Assembly: GCA_965248925.1 (NCBI GenBank)
Contig: CBDFLE010000005.1
Span: 1,376,001 to 1,440,000 of the forward strand
Direction: 5' to 3'
Length of the DNA: 64,000 bases
Origin: Candidatus Multivoradales bacterium
GTDB lineage: Bacteria; Acidobacteriota; Thermoanaerobaculia; Multivoradales; J023
The notes beneath the pieces are model-generated. The model was not told where the DNA came from, searched no databases, and saw only the letters and a program-made list of their open reading frames with translations. Positions within the stretch are counted from its first letter, which is position 1, and every line of letters starts with the position of its first letter. This document shows, in pieces, positions 52,294 through 62,300 of the stretch. The position numbers were made by a program, and so were the translations under genes.

Positions 52294-52767
52294 TCACTTA
52301 GCGGCACTCGCCCGGCGGGTGGTCTTCAAGACTCCATCGAGCAGTCCATTGACGAAACGCCCGGAGTTCTCAGAACCGAATTTCTTGGCCAACTCGATCG
52401 CTTCATCAAGAATCACTACTTTTGGCACGCTCTCATGGTGCAGCATCTCATAGACCGCCAATCGCAGCACGTTGCGATCGATGGCCGGCATCCGTTCCAA
52501 GCGCCAATTCTCAGCGTGACGGCGGATGAGCTGATCGAGATCTTCACGATTCGCTAAGGTTCCGCGAACCAACTTGCAGGCGTAGTCGAAGGCATCTCGC
52601 GCTTCGGCCAGGCGCCCTTTGGACTTGCCACTACCCTCTTCTTCGGTCTCGGCAACAAAGTCCTCGATATCGAAAGTAGCGAAGACCTGTTCCTCAGAAG
52701 CGCCACCGAGTTCCCCTTGATAGAGCATCTGGATCGCGATCTCACGCGCCGTGCTGCGCCTACCCAC
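52294..52767 (-). CDS. nusB: Transcription antitermination factor NusB
   Basis: RRSTAREIAIQMLYQ, IDRNVLRL, DEAIELAKKFG..FVNGLLD. Confidence 0.96.
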   Translation of the reverse strand: MGRRSTAREIAIQMLYQGELGGASEEQVFATFDIEDFVAETEEEGSGKSKGRLAEARDAFDYACKLVRGTLANREDLDQLIRRHAENWRLERMPAIDRNVLRLAVYEMLHHESVPKVVILDEAIELAKKFGSENSGRFVNGLLDGVLKTTRRASAAK

Positions 52768-53338
52768 TGCCGCCTACCTGAAGAGACTGAGCAGCCAGGT
52801 GATCCAGGCGGGCTCGCAGATTGGTCATCGAGATCGCCGCTTCGGCGGCCTCCCAGCCTTTGTTGCCGACCTTGCCGCCGCAACGAGCCTTTGCCTGCTC
52901 GGCATTCTCGCAAGTCAGCAGACCAAAGCCAATCGGCCAGGAGTAATCCACGGAAATCTTGGCGATGCCGTGGCTGACCTCGGCACAAATGTAGTCAAAG
53001 TGCGCGGTTTCGCCGCGAATCACCAAACCCAAAGCCACCGCGGCATCGAAACTCTCGTCGGCGAGCTGGTCGAGCGCCAGAGGCAGCTCCCAAGCGCCTG
53101 GCACTCGGAAGAGCTGAATGTCGCCAGCGGCGGCGCCATGCTCGATCAAGCATTCGACGGCGCCTTCGACCAAGCGGTCGACCAGCGCGCCGTTGAAGCA
53201 GGAGGCGACGATCACGAAGCGCTTGCCGGCGGCCTGGAGCCCTCCTTCGACAACTTCGATGGCTGCCGGCAAGTTCAGCGGGCGGCCTGGCCCGAGGTGC
53301 TCCGGTGGGTGCCTTTCAGGCATTCTGCTGGGGTCCAT
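52760..53338 (-). CDS. ribH: 6,7-dimethyl-8-ribityllumazine synthase (start uncertain)
   Basis: VPGAWELP, IRGETAHFDYI, FGLLT, GNKGWEAA. Confidence 0.94.
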   Translation of the reverse strand: MDPSRMPERHPPEHLGPGRPLNLPAAIEVVEGGLQAAGKRFVIVASCFNGALVDRLVEGAVECLIEHGAAAGDIQLFRVPGAWELPLALDQLADESFDAAVALGLVIRGETAHFDYICAEVSHGIAKISVDYSWPIGFGLLTCENAEQAKARCGGKVGNKGWEAAEAAISMTNLRARLDHLAAQSLQVGGSG

Positions 53339-53469
53339 AATCCGTGCTTCCGCCTCACCGCAGGCCGGCAATAGGCTCTAAGAACTGCGCCTAGGGGGGT
53401 TGTACAATGTCCGCAGCCGTTGGCTTGCTGGAGTTGCTCAGGTTGCCGGGGTTGTCCAATCAGGAGAAT

Positions 53470-53546
53470 TGGTCGGGACGGCGAGATTCGAACTCGCGAC
53501 CACCTGAACCCCATTCAGGTACGCTACCAGACTGCGCCACGTCCCG
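53470..53546 (-). tRNA. tRNA-Pro(GGG)
   Basis: CGGGACG acceptor stem, anticodon arm CCTGA-ATGGGGT-TCAGG, GTTCGAATC, encoded CCA; follows the IHF-MerR pair as commonly seen. Confidence 0.96.
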
Positions 53547-53611
53547 ACCGGTTCATTCTACACCGCAAGAGTTCGCCGGTCACCAACTTGCAGGGCATAG
53601 ATCAGAGCTTT

Positions 53612-54118
53612 TCAGGATGTTGTCGATCCAAATCGCTCTAGAATTTCGCGGGCTTGCCGAAGAGCGCTAGTCAGCCCGTCGCGCAATCGCACGAGCTGCT
53701 CACTGGCAACCTCCTCAGTGACCGAAGCAGAAATCGAGGCCGCACTCGCCGGAGTATCGGCGCCAGAATTGGCGCTGAGTTTGGTGCTGGTCTTCCTGTT
53801 CGACTTGACCTTGTAGGTAGAAGTTTTACTCGCCGCCGTCGACCCGGATCCGGGATCGCTGTCTTCACCCCCTGACCCGGCTTGGAGTTCAGCTTCAAGC
53901 TTCTTCTTGGCGCCAGCAATAGTGTAGCCCTCCTCATAGAGCAGGTCCTTGATCCGGCCGATGATCTCCAGCTCACGCTGGCTGTAGACCCGTTGGCCGG
54001 ACTTACTCTTGTCCGGATTGAGCAGCGGAAACTCGGTCTCCCAATAACGCAGCACGTAGGGCTGGATACCGAGCTTCTTGCAGGCTTCGCCGATTTTGAA
54101 ATAGAGCTTTTTCGCCAC
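53612..54118 (-). CDS. MerR-family HTH regulator
   Basis: [31 protein letters not shown]. Confidence 0.92.
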   Translation of the reverse strand: MAKKLYFKIGEACKKLGIQPYVLRYWETEFPLLNPDKSKSGQRVYSQRELEIIGRIKDLLYEEGYTIAGAKKKLEAELQAGSGGEDSDPGSGSTAASKTSTYKVKSNRKTSTKLSANSGADTPASAASISASVTEEVASEQLVRLRDGLTSALRQAREILERFGSTTS

Positions 54119-54180
54119 GAGTCAGGGTCTCGAAGATCAGTTGGGCTCCCAGGCTTCGGCTGGGCGGGCCGCGGAGTGGA

Positions 54181-54507
54181 TCACTTGTCCTGGAATTCCT
54201 TGTCGGTGACCGTTTGCTTCAGTTTTCGGGCCGGCCGGAAACTGAGTCCCTTATGGGCCGGAATCTGGATGCGCTCACCGGTGGAGGGATCGACCCCGGT
54301 GCGGTCTTGACGGCTGGCCACCTCGAAAACGCCAAAGTTGCGAATCCGCACCGCGCGGCCATCCACCAATGACTCCTTGACGGTGTGGAAAATCGCCTCA
54401 ACCGCTCCAGCGGCTTCGTTCTTGGTCAGACCACCATGACGCCGATACACCGCATTGGTGAGATCGGATTTGGTCTTGCCGTGTTTCTTGATCAGCTTCC
54501 TGGCCAA
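54181..54507 (-). CDS. HU/IHF family DNA-binding protein
   Basis: TKSDL, VRIRNFGVFEV, GVDPSTGE..I, FRPARKLK. Confidence 0.9.
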   Translation of the reverse strand: MARKLIKKHGKTKSDLTNAVYRRHGGLTKNEAAGAVEAIFHTVKESLVDGRAVRIRNFGVFEVASRQDRTGVDPSTGERIQIPAHKGLSFRPARKLKQTVTDKEFQDK

Positions 54508-54550
54508 CTTGAGCCCTCAACACCTGCTTCCGAGACGATTCGTGCCCTAC

Positions 54551-54579
54551 AGTATAGGCAACCGCGGGACCCCCGGCAA
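54551..54579 (-). promoter_or_regulatory. sigma70-type promoter for HU/IHF-merR
   Basis: Minus strand TTGCCG-17 bp-TATACT. Confidence 0.55.
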
Positions 54580-54616
54580 GACCCGAAGGCTATATTTGAT
54601 CTGACTTTAGCTGCCA

Positions 54617-55942
54617 CTAGCGGCGGCGGATCACCAAGCGTATGGGGATCCCAGCCAGGTCGAGTTCGGCTCGCACCCGATTCTCCAAATAGCGACGGTA
54701 GGTGTCCGATCGCTCCAGGGTACGATTGGCGAAGAGCATGAAAGTGGGCGGCGCGGTCGCCACCTGGGTGGCGTAGTACAGCCGCCACGGCCGGCCGCGA
54801 AGCTGCGGTGCTTGATGCAGTTGCGTAGCCCGCTCGAAGAGGCGATTGACCACGCTGGTTGTCAACTGCACGCGAAAGCGTTCGAGCGCCGCATCTACCG
54901 CCGGCATTAGCTTCTCAGCGTGGCGACCACTGGTTGCCGACATGTTGACCCGCGGCGGCCCCGACAGCAGCTCTTCGAGGCGCGGCCAGCTGTTGTCTAG
55001 ATTCTCTCGCGAAAGCTCATCGAGCAGATCCCACTTATTCAACACCACCACCACCGCCCGGCCGAGTTCCCAAGCCTGACCGGCGATCGTCATATCGCCG
55101 CTGGTCACGCCGCTCGCGGCGTCCACCACCAGGACCACTAAATCGGCCCGTTCCATCTGCCGGCGGGCAAACATCACCGCCAGGTCCTCGGCGGCACCGG
55201 TGACCTGGCTGCGACGGCGAATGCCGGCGGTGTCGATCAGCTTGTAGCGCCGATCACCGACTTCGAGCAAGGAGTCGATCGGATCGCGAGTGGTACCAGC
55301 GATCGGCGATACCAAGACTCGAGCCTTGCCCAATAGACGATTGACCAGAGACGACTTACCCACGTTAGGCCGACCGACAATGGCCACCGCGGGGACTTCG
55401 GGATCAGGCTCGATCTGCTGCGGTGCCGGCAGTTCTTCGCGCATCAGCTCGAAGAGCTCGGAGAAGCCACGGCCGTGCTCGGCCGAAACCAATACTTGCG
55501 GTCCAATACCGAGGCGGTAGAACTCCTCGAATCCCTCTTCCGCGGCCCGCGTATCTCCTTTGTTGACCACCAGCACCGCCGCCTTGCCACGCCGCCGCAG
55601 CTCTGCCCAGATCTTCTCGTCGGCCGCCACCAGACCTTCTCGCCCATCGACCACCAGCAGCAGCAAATCACTCTCGTCTACCGCCAGAAAAACCTGTTCT
55701 CCCAAACCCATAGGGTCGTCGCCCAGCACCAAGCCACCGGTGTCGACCAACTGTGCGGGCCATTCATCAGCCAGCTGAAAACGGCCCGCCAGCCGATCTC
55801 GAGTGACTCCGGGTTGGTCGTGGACAATCGCTTGACGGCGCCCCACCAGACGGTTGAAAAGTGTCGACTTGCCGACATTCGGTCGGCCGACGATAGAGAC
55901 AATGGGTAGAGGTTGCACGGTTAGACCTAAGGCTTTCGACAA
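54617..55942 (-). CDS. der: Ribosome biogenesis GTPase Der/EngA (GTG 55918 alternative start)
   Basis: Two GRPNVGKS G1 motifs, DTGG and DTAG, NKGD and NKWD, KH-like C-terminus. Confidence 0.96.
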   Translation of the reverse strand: MSKALGLTVQPLPIVSIVGRPNVGKSTLFNRLVGRRQAIVHDQPGVTRDRLAGRFQLADEWPAQLVDTGGLVLGDDPMGLGEQVFLAVDESDLLLLVVDGREGLVAADEKIWAELRRRGKAAVLVVNKGDTRAAEEGFEEFYRLGIGPQVLVSAEHGRGFSELFELMREELPAPQQIEPDPEVPAVAIVGRPNVGKSSLVNRLLGKARVLVSPIAGTTRDPIDSLLEVGDRRYKLIDTAGIRRRSQVTGAAEDLAVMFARRQMERADLVVLVVDAASGVTSGDMTIAGQAWELGRAVVVVLNKWDLLDELSRENLDNSWPRLEELLSGPPRVNMSATSGRHAEKLMPAVDAALERFRVQLTTSVVNRLFERATQLHQAPQLRGRPWRLYYATQVATAPPTFMLFANRTLERSDTYRRYLENRVRAELDLAGIPIRLVIRRR

Positions 55943-55990
55943 CGACGATGAGCTGGGTAAGCGAGTTGGGTGAGGGCCGACTGGGCAGAA

Positions 55991-56569
55991 TCAGCTGAGA
56001 CTAGGATCGACCACCGTGCGGAAAGTCACCATCCAGCGGTCATTCAGCAGGCGCATTTGATACTTCACACGATTGCGTTGCCCGGGCACATGCTGCAGCA
56101 CCGAGCCCGAACCCAAAGCGCGGCTCGAAACGTCCCACACCTCGAGCACCGTGACGATGGCGATGGTATTGCGAGACATGGTGATGTCTTCGACTGTGAA
56201 TCTCTCCAACTCTGGCACCAAATACTCGCCACGCTCGGCCAGTTGGTCGATCAGGAGGTCGATGGAGGCGATCTCCTTGGCCACCGCCAGATCCACCAGC
56301 AACTGCGGATTGCGTTCGCTGTAGGCCTTACCAAGCTCGGGCAAATACTCCGCGAGAGCACTCTCTATCGCCGTCCGCACTTCCGCTTCGTCCAGCGTCA
56401 GACCCATCTTGGCGCAAGCGCCAGTGGTCAAGGTCAAGCAGATCAACAACAGCATGGATAGTCGCCTTGACAGAGGATGGAGAGCTTGGCCTCTCGGCGC
56501 GGGTCGAACCGGCGGTGTTCGAGCCGGCGTTGTTCGAAGAAGTCGAATCATGGCTGCGGACTTTAGCAT
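55991..56569 (-). CDS. Hypothetical lipoprotein
   Basis: Hydrophobic stretch ending TGAC; SD AGGAG; start uncertain. Confidence 0.6.
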   Translation of the reverse strand: MLKSAAMIRLLRTTPARTPPVRPAPRGQALHPLSRRLSMLLLICLTLTTGACAKMGLTLDEAEVRTAIESALAEYLPELGKAYSERNPQLLVDLAVAKEIASIDLLIDQLAERGEYLVPELERFTVEDITMSRNTIAIVTVLEVWDVSSRALGSGSVLQHVPGQRNRVKYQMRLLNDRWMVTFRTVVDPSLS

Positions 56570-56674
56570 CTGGAGACTCCTGGTCGCTGAGTTACCTCTG
56601 TAGTTTGACGCCGATAGGCGCCATTCGGTTCCCGGCGGCGACCTAGGCGGCGTTCAGAGCCGCCAGGAATCTGT

Positions 56675-56703
56675 TTGACAGGCGAGCGCCGATTCTCTAC
56701 AAT
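56675..56703 (+). promoter_or_regulatory. Strong sigma70 promoter of tRNA-Leu
   Basis: TTGACA-17 bp-TACAAT followed by a GC-rich discriminator. Confidence 0.85.
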
Positions 56704-56712
56704 CCGCTCCGC

Positions 56713-56802
<90 letters not shown>

Positions 56803-56930
56803 TCCCCTCCCTGCCTTGTCTTGACAGCTCTGCAACCGACAGACAATCGGGCTCTGTGAGCGGGGCCCTGTGAGCGCTCGCCATAGACGGCCGACTCGTA
56901 GGACTTCGTGCTCGCGGAATTTGGCAGGGA

Positions 56931-57221
56931 TTAGGAAGGATCGAGAACCGCGCCCTTGGACTCGGCGATCAGAAACTCCGCCAAGCCATCGACCGAAGAC
57001 ATCGCCTTGAAAGCGACTTCCTCGTCTTCGACCCGGACGCCGAATTCCTGCTCGAGAGCCAGAACCAGCTCCAAGGCGTCGATCGAGTCTAAACCCAGGC
57101 CCTCACCGAAGAGCGGCTCGCCGTTGCCGATCGAATCGGCTTCCACGTCTAGCTTGAGGCGTTCGACGATCATTGCGCGGATGCGGGTGCGGAGTTCGGT
57201 TTTTGGGCTGGCGGTCATCAT
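56931..57221 (-). CDS. Acyl carrier protein
   Basis: LFGEGLGLDSIDALEL phosphopantetheine motif. Confidence 0.88.
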   Translation of the reverse strand: MMTASPKTELRTRIRAMIVERLKLDVEADSIGNGEPLFGEGLGLDSIDALELVLALEQEFGVRVEDEEVAFKAMSSVDGLAEFLIAESKGAVLDPS

Positions 57222-57279
57222 GGCGCGGCATCGTACCATAGGCAATCCCTGGTTCCGGCAGTCCGTTCGCCGAAGTCAA

Positions 57280-57297
57280 CTGTGAAACAATTCAGCA
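57280..57297 (+). promoter_or_regulatory. Putative Rex operator
   Basis: CTGTGAA-ACAA-TTCAGCA versus consensus TTGTGAA-N4-TTCACAA, 25 bp before rex. Confidence 0.6.
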
Positions 57298-57322
57298 TGG
57301 CCAAGCCAACAAGACAGCGGAG

Positions 57323-57946
57323 ATGAGCCAGCCGCCCAACATCTCCTCTCTCGCCCTCGGCCGATTATCGGTCTATTTGCGTTGCTTGCGCTGTCTAGAG
57401 AGCCTCGGTGTGGAGCAGATCTCCTCCCAGGAGATAGCCCGTCGGTTCGACCTCTCGGCGCCGCAGTTCCGCAAAGATCTGGCTCATTTCGGCGAACTTG
57501 GCATCCGCGGTGTCGGCTACGAGGTCGAGCCCTTGCGCCAACGTCTCGAAGAACTGTTCGGATTGCACCGCGCCCACCCGACAGTGATCGTCGGCGCCGG
57601 TAATATCGGCAAAGCTCTGGCGCGCTTTCCGGGCTTTCGCTCCGGTACCTTCCAGGTGATGGCGATCTTCGACAAACAGCCCGAGCTGGTGGGACGCCGG
57701 CTAGATGGGCTGATCGTCCAACACAGCCGCGAGCTGAAGGAAACCGTCAAGCGGCACCGAGCCAAGATCGGCATCCTGGCTGTACCCGCCGAAGTGGCGC
57801 AAGAGAACTACAACTCCCTGGTGGCCGCCGGGATCCGCGGTGTGTTGAACTTCGCGCAGGCACAGATTCGCAGTCACTCCGAGGTGCGGGTGCGCTCTGT
57901 CGATCTGACTGTATTCCTCGAAGAACTCGCCTATTTCATTAGTTAG
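57323..57946 (+). CDS. rex: Redox-sensing transcriptional repressor Rex
   Basis: RLSVYLR, QFRKDLAHFGELG.RGVGY, GAGNIG, LNFA. Confidence 0.95.
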   Translation: MSQPPNISSLALGRLSVYLRCLRCLESLGVEQISSQEIARRFDLSAPQFRKDLAHFGELGIRGVGYEVEPLRQRLEELFGLHRAHPTVIVGAGNIGKALARFPGFRSGTFQVMAIFDKQPELVGRRLDGLIVQHSRELKETVKRHRAKIGILAVPAEVAQENYNSLVAAGIRGVLNFAQAQIRSHSEVRVRSVDLTVFLEELAYFIS

Positions 57947-57965
57947 CGATTCGCAGTAGACGTTC

Positions 57966-58424
57966 TCAGCCAGCGTTCGTAGGACCCTCGATCGAAGCCT
58001 TGAGATCACTAAGGTCCTGCAAGCAAAGCTTGGCCATCATCTTCATCATCGGTCGCATCAACACCGACATGACCTTGGCGAAGAAAGTCAGCGGTGTCGC
58101 CTGAAAGGTCATCTCGACATCCGTGCCAGGGCCGTTGGCAGCGAACCGGAACTCGCTGTAATAGTGAGTTCCGTGGCTCTCGGCCACCAGCCCGTAGCGC
58201 TTCTCGGGCTCAAAGACGGTGACCTCCATTTCCTCAGTGGCCTCTTTGCCGAACATAATGCGGGTTTCACGAAAACGGGTGCCAACACCGACCGGTCCCT
58301 CGGTGAACATCTCCATTTTGGTGATGCCGCTGATCCGCTCGGCGGCTCCGGCGAAGTCGGCGGCACGGGCAAAGACCTCCGCCACCGGTGCTTCAATGTA
58401 CTTTGTGACGCTCAACTGACCCAT
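57966..58424 (-). CDS. SRPBCC/polyketide cyclase-like ligand-binding protein
   Basis: IEAPVAEVF, GVGTRFRETR.MFG.EATEEMEV. Confidence 0.85.
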   Translation of the reverse strand: MGQLSVTKYIEAPVAEVFARAADFAGAAERISGITKMEMFTEGPVGVGTRFRETRIMFGKEATEEMEVTVFEPEKRYGLVAESHGTHYYSEFRFAANGPGTDVEMTFQATPLTFFAKVMSVLMRPMMKMMAKLCLQDLSDLKASIEGPTNAG

Positions 58425-58472
58425 TCTCAGCCCCTTATTCCTGGTGGTCTCACTCTGTTTACTGGCGACGTT

Positions 58473-59075
58473 CTACTGGCGACGTTTGAAGCTCCACTCG
58501 ATCACCTGGTTGTTCTTCTCGCCAATCGGCAAGTCGTAGATCTCCAGCACGATCAAATCTTTCGAGACAAAACGCCAGATGGTCTTGACCATCTTGTCGT
58601 GTTCGCCGGTAAGGTACTCATCGAGGGTGCCGTAGCTGATCAGTGCCTTGCCAGAGGGATCCATATCACCCTCGGCGGTCAGCAGCGCCGTATCGAAGGT
58701 GCTGACAGTGGAAGTGATGTAGCTCTGTTTAAAGTTGTCGTAGCCGAGCAAGATGAAGTACTCCATCGGCTTGCCCATGAAGGTGCCCTTAGTCTCGATT
58801 TTCAGCCAGCGGTCCTGCATCAGCCAGCTGGCCTGTGCCGTGCCCTTCTCGGCCGGCATGTTAGCACCGGCCATGGTCACCTTCGTTAAGGTATCCCAAC
58901 CGCCGAGGAAACGCTCCAGCGCGGCGTGCTTGGCGCTCGGCTGGGTGTATTGCTGAGCCTTCTTCATCATCGCCGCCATGTCGACCTGGTCGCCTTCTTG
59001 CGCCAGGACAATAGGACCGAAGGCGGTCGCGAGCAGGGCGGTCGTCAGGAGTATGATTGGGCGGGATAGCTTCAT
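58473..59075 (-). CDS. Exported DUF1579 protein
   Basis: Signal peptide; P..HAAL..F.GGW, LGYDN.KQ.Y. Confidence 0.75.
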   Translation of the reverse strand: MKLSRPIILLTTALLATAFGPIVLAQEGDQVDMAAMMKKAQQYTQPSAKHAALERFLGGWDTLTKVTMAGANMPAEKGTAQASWLMQDRWLKIETKGTFMGKPMEYFILLGYDNFKQSYITSTVSTFDTALLTAEGDMDPSGKALISYGTLDEYLTGEHDKMVKTIWRFVSKDLIVLEIYDLPIGEKNNQVIEWSFKRRQ

Positions 59076-60235
59076 GGATTCGGTTCCTCGTGTTGACTGG
59101 ATGGGGAGTCGTCGGACGGTGGGTTCGCGGTCGCGGGCAGGCTATACCCCTCTTGCTCGGCCAAGCGCCGCAGCACCAAATAACGCAGTTGCAAACAGCC
59201 CGGCGGGCGTTCGATAAGCTCGGCGACCTCGCCGACCACCCGGTCAGCACCACGGGCCATCGGCACTACCGCCAGCGACAGAGCGCCCAACAGCACGGTG
59301 GTGACCGACCGCCGCAGCCAGATTCGATCAGGGGTGGCGCGCTCCAGTAGGCGCAGGCGGGCTAGTAGCAGATTGCTCGGCCGCAGAAAGGCCAGGCGTC
59401 CCGCAGTAGGATCTTCGATCATGCGCCGGGCGAAGAGCAGCAAGGTGCGGCGGTAACTCTCGGTCTCCGCGCCGAGCAAGCGAGCCACCGCCCGATCGCA
59501 GCTTTGCTCACGCACCTCGGCCAGCCGCCGCTGCGCCAACCAGACCAACGGATGAAACCAGTAGACCAGCTGAATGGCGGTACAGGCAGCAGAGCCCCAG
59601 GTGTCGAGGCGACGCAGATGACATAGCTCGTGCAGCAGAACGTGCTCAATCTGCTGTGGTGAAAATCGCTCACTCAAGCGCCGCGGCAAGAAGACACACG
59701 GCCGCACCAAGCCCACGACGAAAGGCGTCCGTACCGCCTGGCTGAAGACAACCCGCGGCAGCCGGCGCAGCCCTACTCGGGCTGAGCAGCGCTCTAGGAG
59801 TGGCCCGATCCAGCTCGGCGCAGTGAATTCGCTGGCGTCATCGCTGGTGGCGAGCCACCGTCTCCACAGTCGCCGATAGCGCAGCCAACCGCCCAAAGAC
59901 AACAGCAAGAAGCCAGCAGCCCAGACCACCACCGCGGCCTGCGCCCAAACCACCACCCGGTGACCGCCATCGGCCACCAGCAAATGAGCCGGCACGGCAA
60001 TGGTGATGGACTGGGGAATGGCGTGGACCAGGCTGATCGGTGAAGTCAGCCCCGGCGGCAGAATCAGCTTCAGCATCACCAGCAGCCAGAGTAGGGAACG
60101 CAGTTCAGGCCAGGTACGACGCGGTAGCAACCTATCGATCGCCGCCACCACCACAATTAGGAGCGACGCCTGGACCGCGATCGGCGCCAGATAACTCCAC
60201 CAAGCTAGCGCCCCAAGGCGCAACAGCTCGCTCAT
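59072..60235 (-). CDS. M56 family (BlaR1/MecR1-like) membrane metalloprotease
   Basis: TPFVVGLVRP, LLHELCHLRRLD, WFHPLVW, REQSCD. Confidence 0.92.
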   Translation of the reverse strand: MSELLRLGALAWWSYLAPIAVQASLLIVVVAAIDRLLPRRTWPELRSLLWLLVMLKLILPPGLTSPISLVHAIPQSITIAVPAHLLVADGGHRVVVWAQAAVVVWAAGFLLLSLGGWLRYRRLWRRWLATSDDASEFTAPSWIGPLLERCSARVGLRRLPRVVFSQAVRTPFVVGLVRPCVFLPRRLSERFSPQQIEHVLLHELCHLRRLDTWGSAACTAIQLVYWFHPLVWLAQRRLAEVREQSCDRAVARLLGAETESYRRTLLLFARRMIEDPTAGRLAFLRPSNLLLARLRLLERATPDRIWLRRSVTTVLLGALSLAVVPMARGADRVVGEVAELIERPPGCLQLRYLVLRRLAEQEGYSLPATANPPSDDSPSSQHEEPNP

Positions 60236-60615
60236 CGATCGTGCTCCTGGTCGTCGTCGTCCGCTTCCTCGAGCAGGCGACGAAGCTCGGCCCGCTCGCG
60301 GCCGCTAAGCTGCCGATCCCCTACCAAATGCTGAACCAGAGAACCGAAAGTGCCATCAAATGCCCGCTCCAACAGCGCCCGCACTGCTGTCTGACGAGCA
60401 TCCTGGCGGCTTATGAGAGGCGTGAAAAGGCTGGTGTTGGCACGTTTGCGAACCGACAGTGCTCCCTTCTCCACCAGCCGCCCCAACATCGTCTTGACCG
60501 TCGAGTAGGCCCAGCCAGTGTCGTCATGCAGCGCTTCGAGCACATCCCGCACACTGGCGAGATGGCGCTGCCAAACGACTTTCATGACCTTCCATTCGGA
60601 TTCACTGAGCTGCAC
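60232..60615 (-). CDS. BlaI/MecI/CopY family repressor
   Basis: LSESEWKVMKVVW, WAYSTVKTML.RLVEKG, FDG..SLV. Confidence 0.94.
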   Translation of the reverse strand: MQLSESEWKVMKVVWQRHLASVRDVLEALHDDTGWAYSTVKTMLGRLVEKGALSVRKRANTSLFTPLISRQDARQTAVRALLERAFDGTFGSLVQHLVGDRQLSGRERAELRRLLEEADDDDQEHDR

Positions 60616-60641
60616 GGTGACCTCTGCATTGAATTCTCTCT

Positions 60642-60678
60642 GCTACAAGCGTAGCTTAAACTGCCACAAATGTAGCAG
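60642..60678. promoter_or_regulatory. Tandem BlaI-type operators
   Basis: GCTACA-AG-CGTAGC (60642-60655) and CTGCCACA-AA-TGTAGCAG (60661-60678), each one mismatch from TACA-N2-TGTA; TTGACT (-35) adjacent on the minus strand. Confidence 0.75.
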
Positions 60679-60770
60679 AGAGTCAAGTAATCTTCCTCAA
60701 AACTCGCGCCGCAAAATATTTTTCCTCTCGCGGTGCAAGATGATGGACCTTGCCCGCGTCTCTGGTGGGT

Positions 60771-62300
60771 ATGTTGGCACGAATATCTACAGCAACCCCC
60801 TGGGGAGTCGACGCCCGGCCGGTGCAAGTCGAGGTGGACGCCCACAACGGCCTGCCCCAAATGCAGATCGTCGGCCTCCCCGATGCCTCCGTACGCGAGA
60901 GCCGTGAACGCGTGCGATCGGCAATCAAGAATAGCGGCTTCGACCTGCCACCCAGAGCCGTGGTGGTCAACCTGGCTCCGGCCGATCTGCGCAAAGAGGG
61001 CAACCACCTCGATCTGGCGATCGCCCTCGCCTTACTCGCCGCTCTCGGCCAGGTGCCCGAAGAGGCTCTGGCCGGCCGCATGTTCTGCGGCGAGCTGGGC
61101 CTAGATGGCGGCGTGCGCCCAGTGCGCGGCGGCCTGGCTTTGGCCGCTTTAGCCACCCGGCAGCAGCTCCGCGAGTTGCTGCTGCCAGCGGCCAACGCCA
61201 GTGAGGCGGCAGCACTAGGCAGTGTACCGGTGATCCCGACCCGCAGTCTCCGCGAAGTGGTCGACCACCTCACCGGCCGGCAACCCCTACAGCCCGCTAC
61301 CGCCGACGATTTTGGCCAGCACTCCCTGCCCGGCTGCGCCCTCGACTTAGCTGAAGTGCGGGGGCAGCAGGCCGCCAAACGGGCGTTGGAAGTCGCTGCG
61401 GCCGGCGGGCATAATCTGCTTTTTATTGGCCCGCCTGGTTCCGGCAAGACCATGCTCGCCAGGCGCTTACCGGGATTGCTGCCGCCGCTGAGCCTCGAAG
61501 AGTCCATAGCGGTCACCAAGATCCACTCGCTGGTGGCCGAAGAACCCCCTTCACGGCTGGTCGAAGAACGACCCTTCCGCAGCCCCCATCCTGGCACCAG
61601 CACCGCCGGCCTGATCGGTGGCGGTTCCATTCCCCGTCCAGGTGAGGCCAGCCTGGCGCACGCTGGGGTGCTGTTTCTCGACGAGTTGCCCGAATTCCGT
61701 CGGGACAGCTTGGAGGCCCTGCGACAGCCGCTCGAAGAGGGTACCGTCACCGTGGTACGGGCACGAGCGCGGCTTTGCTTTCCGGCTCGCTTCGCTCTCC
61801 TAGCCGCGATGAATCCCTGCAAGTGCGGGCATTTGGGGGACGATCGGCATCACTGCAAATGCTCGCCACAGATGATCGAACGCTATCGCAGTCGGGTCTC
61901 AGGGCCGCTTCTCGACCGCATCGACATGCATGTCGAGGTGCCGGCGGTGAGCCTTGCCGAGTTGCGCAGCGAAGCCACCGAAGGGACTCGGGAAGTAGCG
62001 TGGAGAGTGCGCCAGGCGAGAGAGATCCAGCGCAGTAGATTCGGCTCCCAGACGGACGTGCCGGTCAATGCCTCCCTGGGGAGCGACGGCATCGAGCAGC
62101 ATTGCGTGCTAGCGCCCGATGCCCAGCGCTTGGTCGACACCGCCTTCGACAAGCTCAAGCTGTCGGCACGGGCACTCAGCCGCATCCTCAAGCTATCCCG
62201 CACCATCGCCGACCTCGACAGTTCGGCGGAGATTCGGGCAGCGCATGCCGCCGAGGCCATTCAATACCGCAGCCTGGACCAGCGATCGGAGCGAGGCTGA
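60771..62300 (+). CDS. comM: YifB/ComM Mg-chelatase-like AAA+ helicase
   Basis: VGLPDASVRESRERV, NLAPAD, GPPGSGKTM, GEASLAH.GVLFLDE, SGPLLDRID. Confidence 0.95.
   Translation: MLARISTATPWGVDARPVQVEVDAHNGLPQMQIVGLPDASVRESRERVRSAIKNSGFDLPPRAVVVNLAPADLRKEGNHLDLAIALALLAALGQVPEEALAGRMFCGELGLDGGVRPVRGGLALAALATRQQLRELLLPAANASEAAALGSVPVIPTRSLREVVDHLTGRQPLQPATADDFGQHSLPGCALDLAEVRGQQAAKRALEVAAAGGHNLLFIGPPGSGKTMLARRLPGLLPPLSLEESIAVTKIHSLVAEEPPSRLVEERPFRSPHPGTSTAGLIGGGSIPRPGEASLAHAGVLFLDELPEFRRDSLEALRQPLEEGTVTVVRARARLCFPARFALLAAMNPCKCGHLGDDRHHCKCSPQMIERYRSRVSGPLLDRIDMHVEVPAVSLAELRSEATEGTREVAWRVRQAREIQRSRFGSQTDVPVNASLGSDGIEQHCVLAPDAQRLVDTAFDKLKLSARALSRILKLSRTIADLDSSAEIRAAHAAEAIQYRSLDQRSERG

Noticed and set aside
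56821-56847. Second TTGACA..GACAAT promoter after tRNA-Leu
   Set aside because: 15-bp spacer, weak -10 and no downstream plus-strand gene
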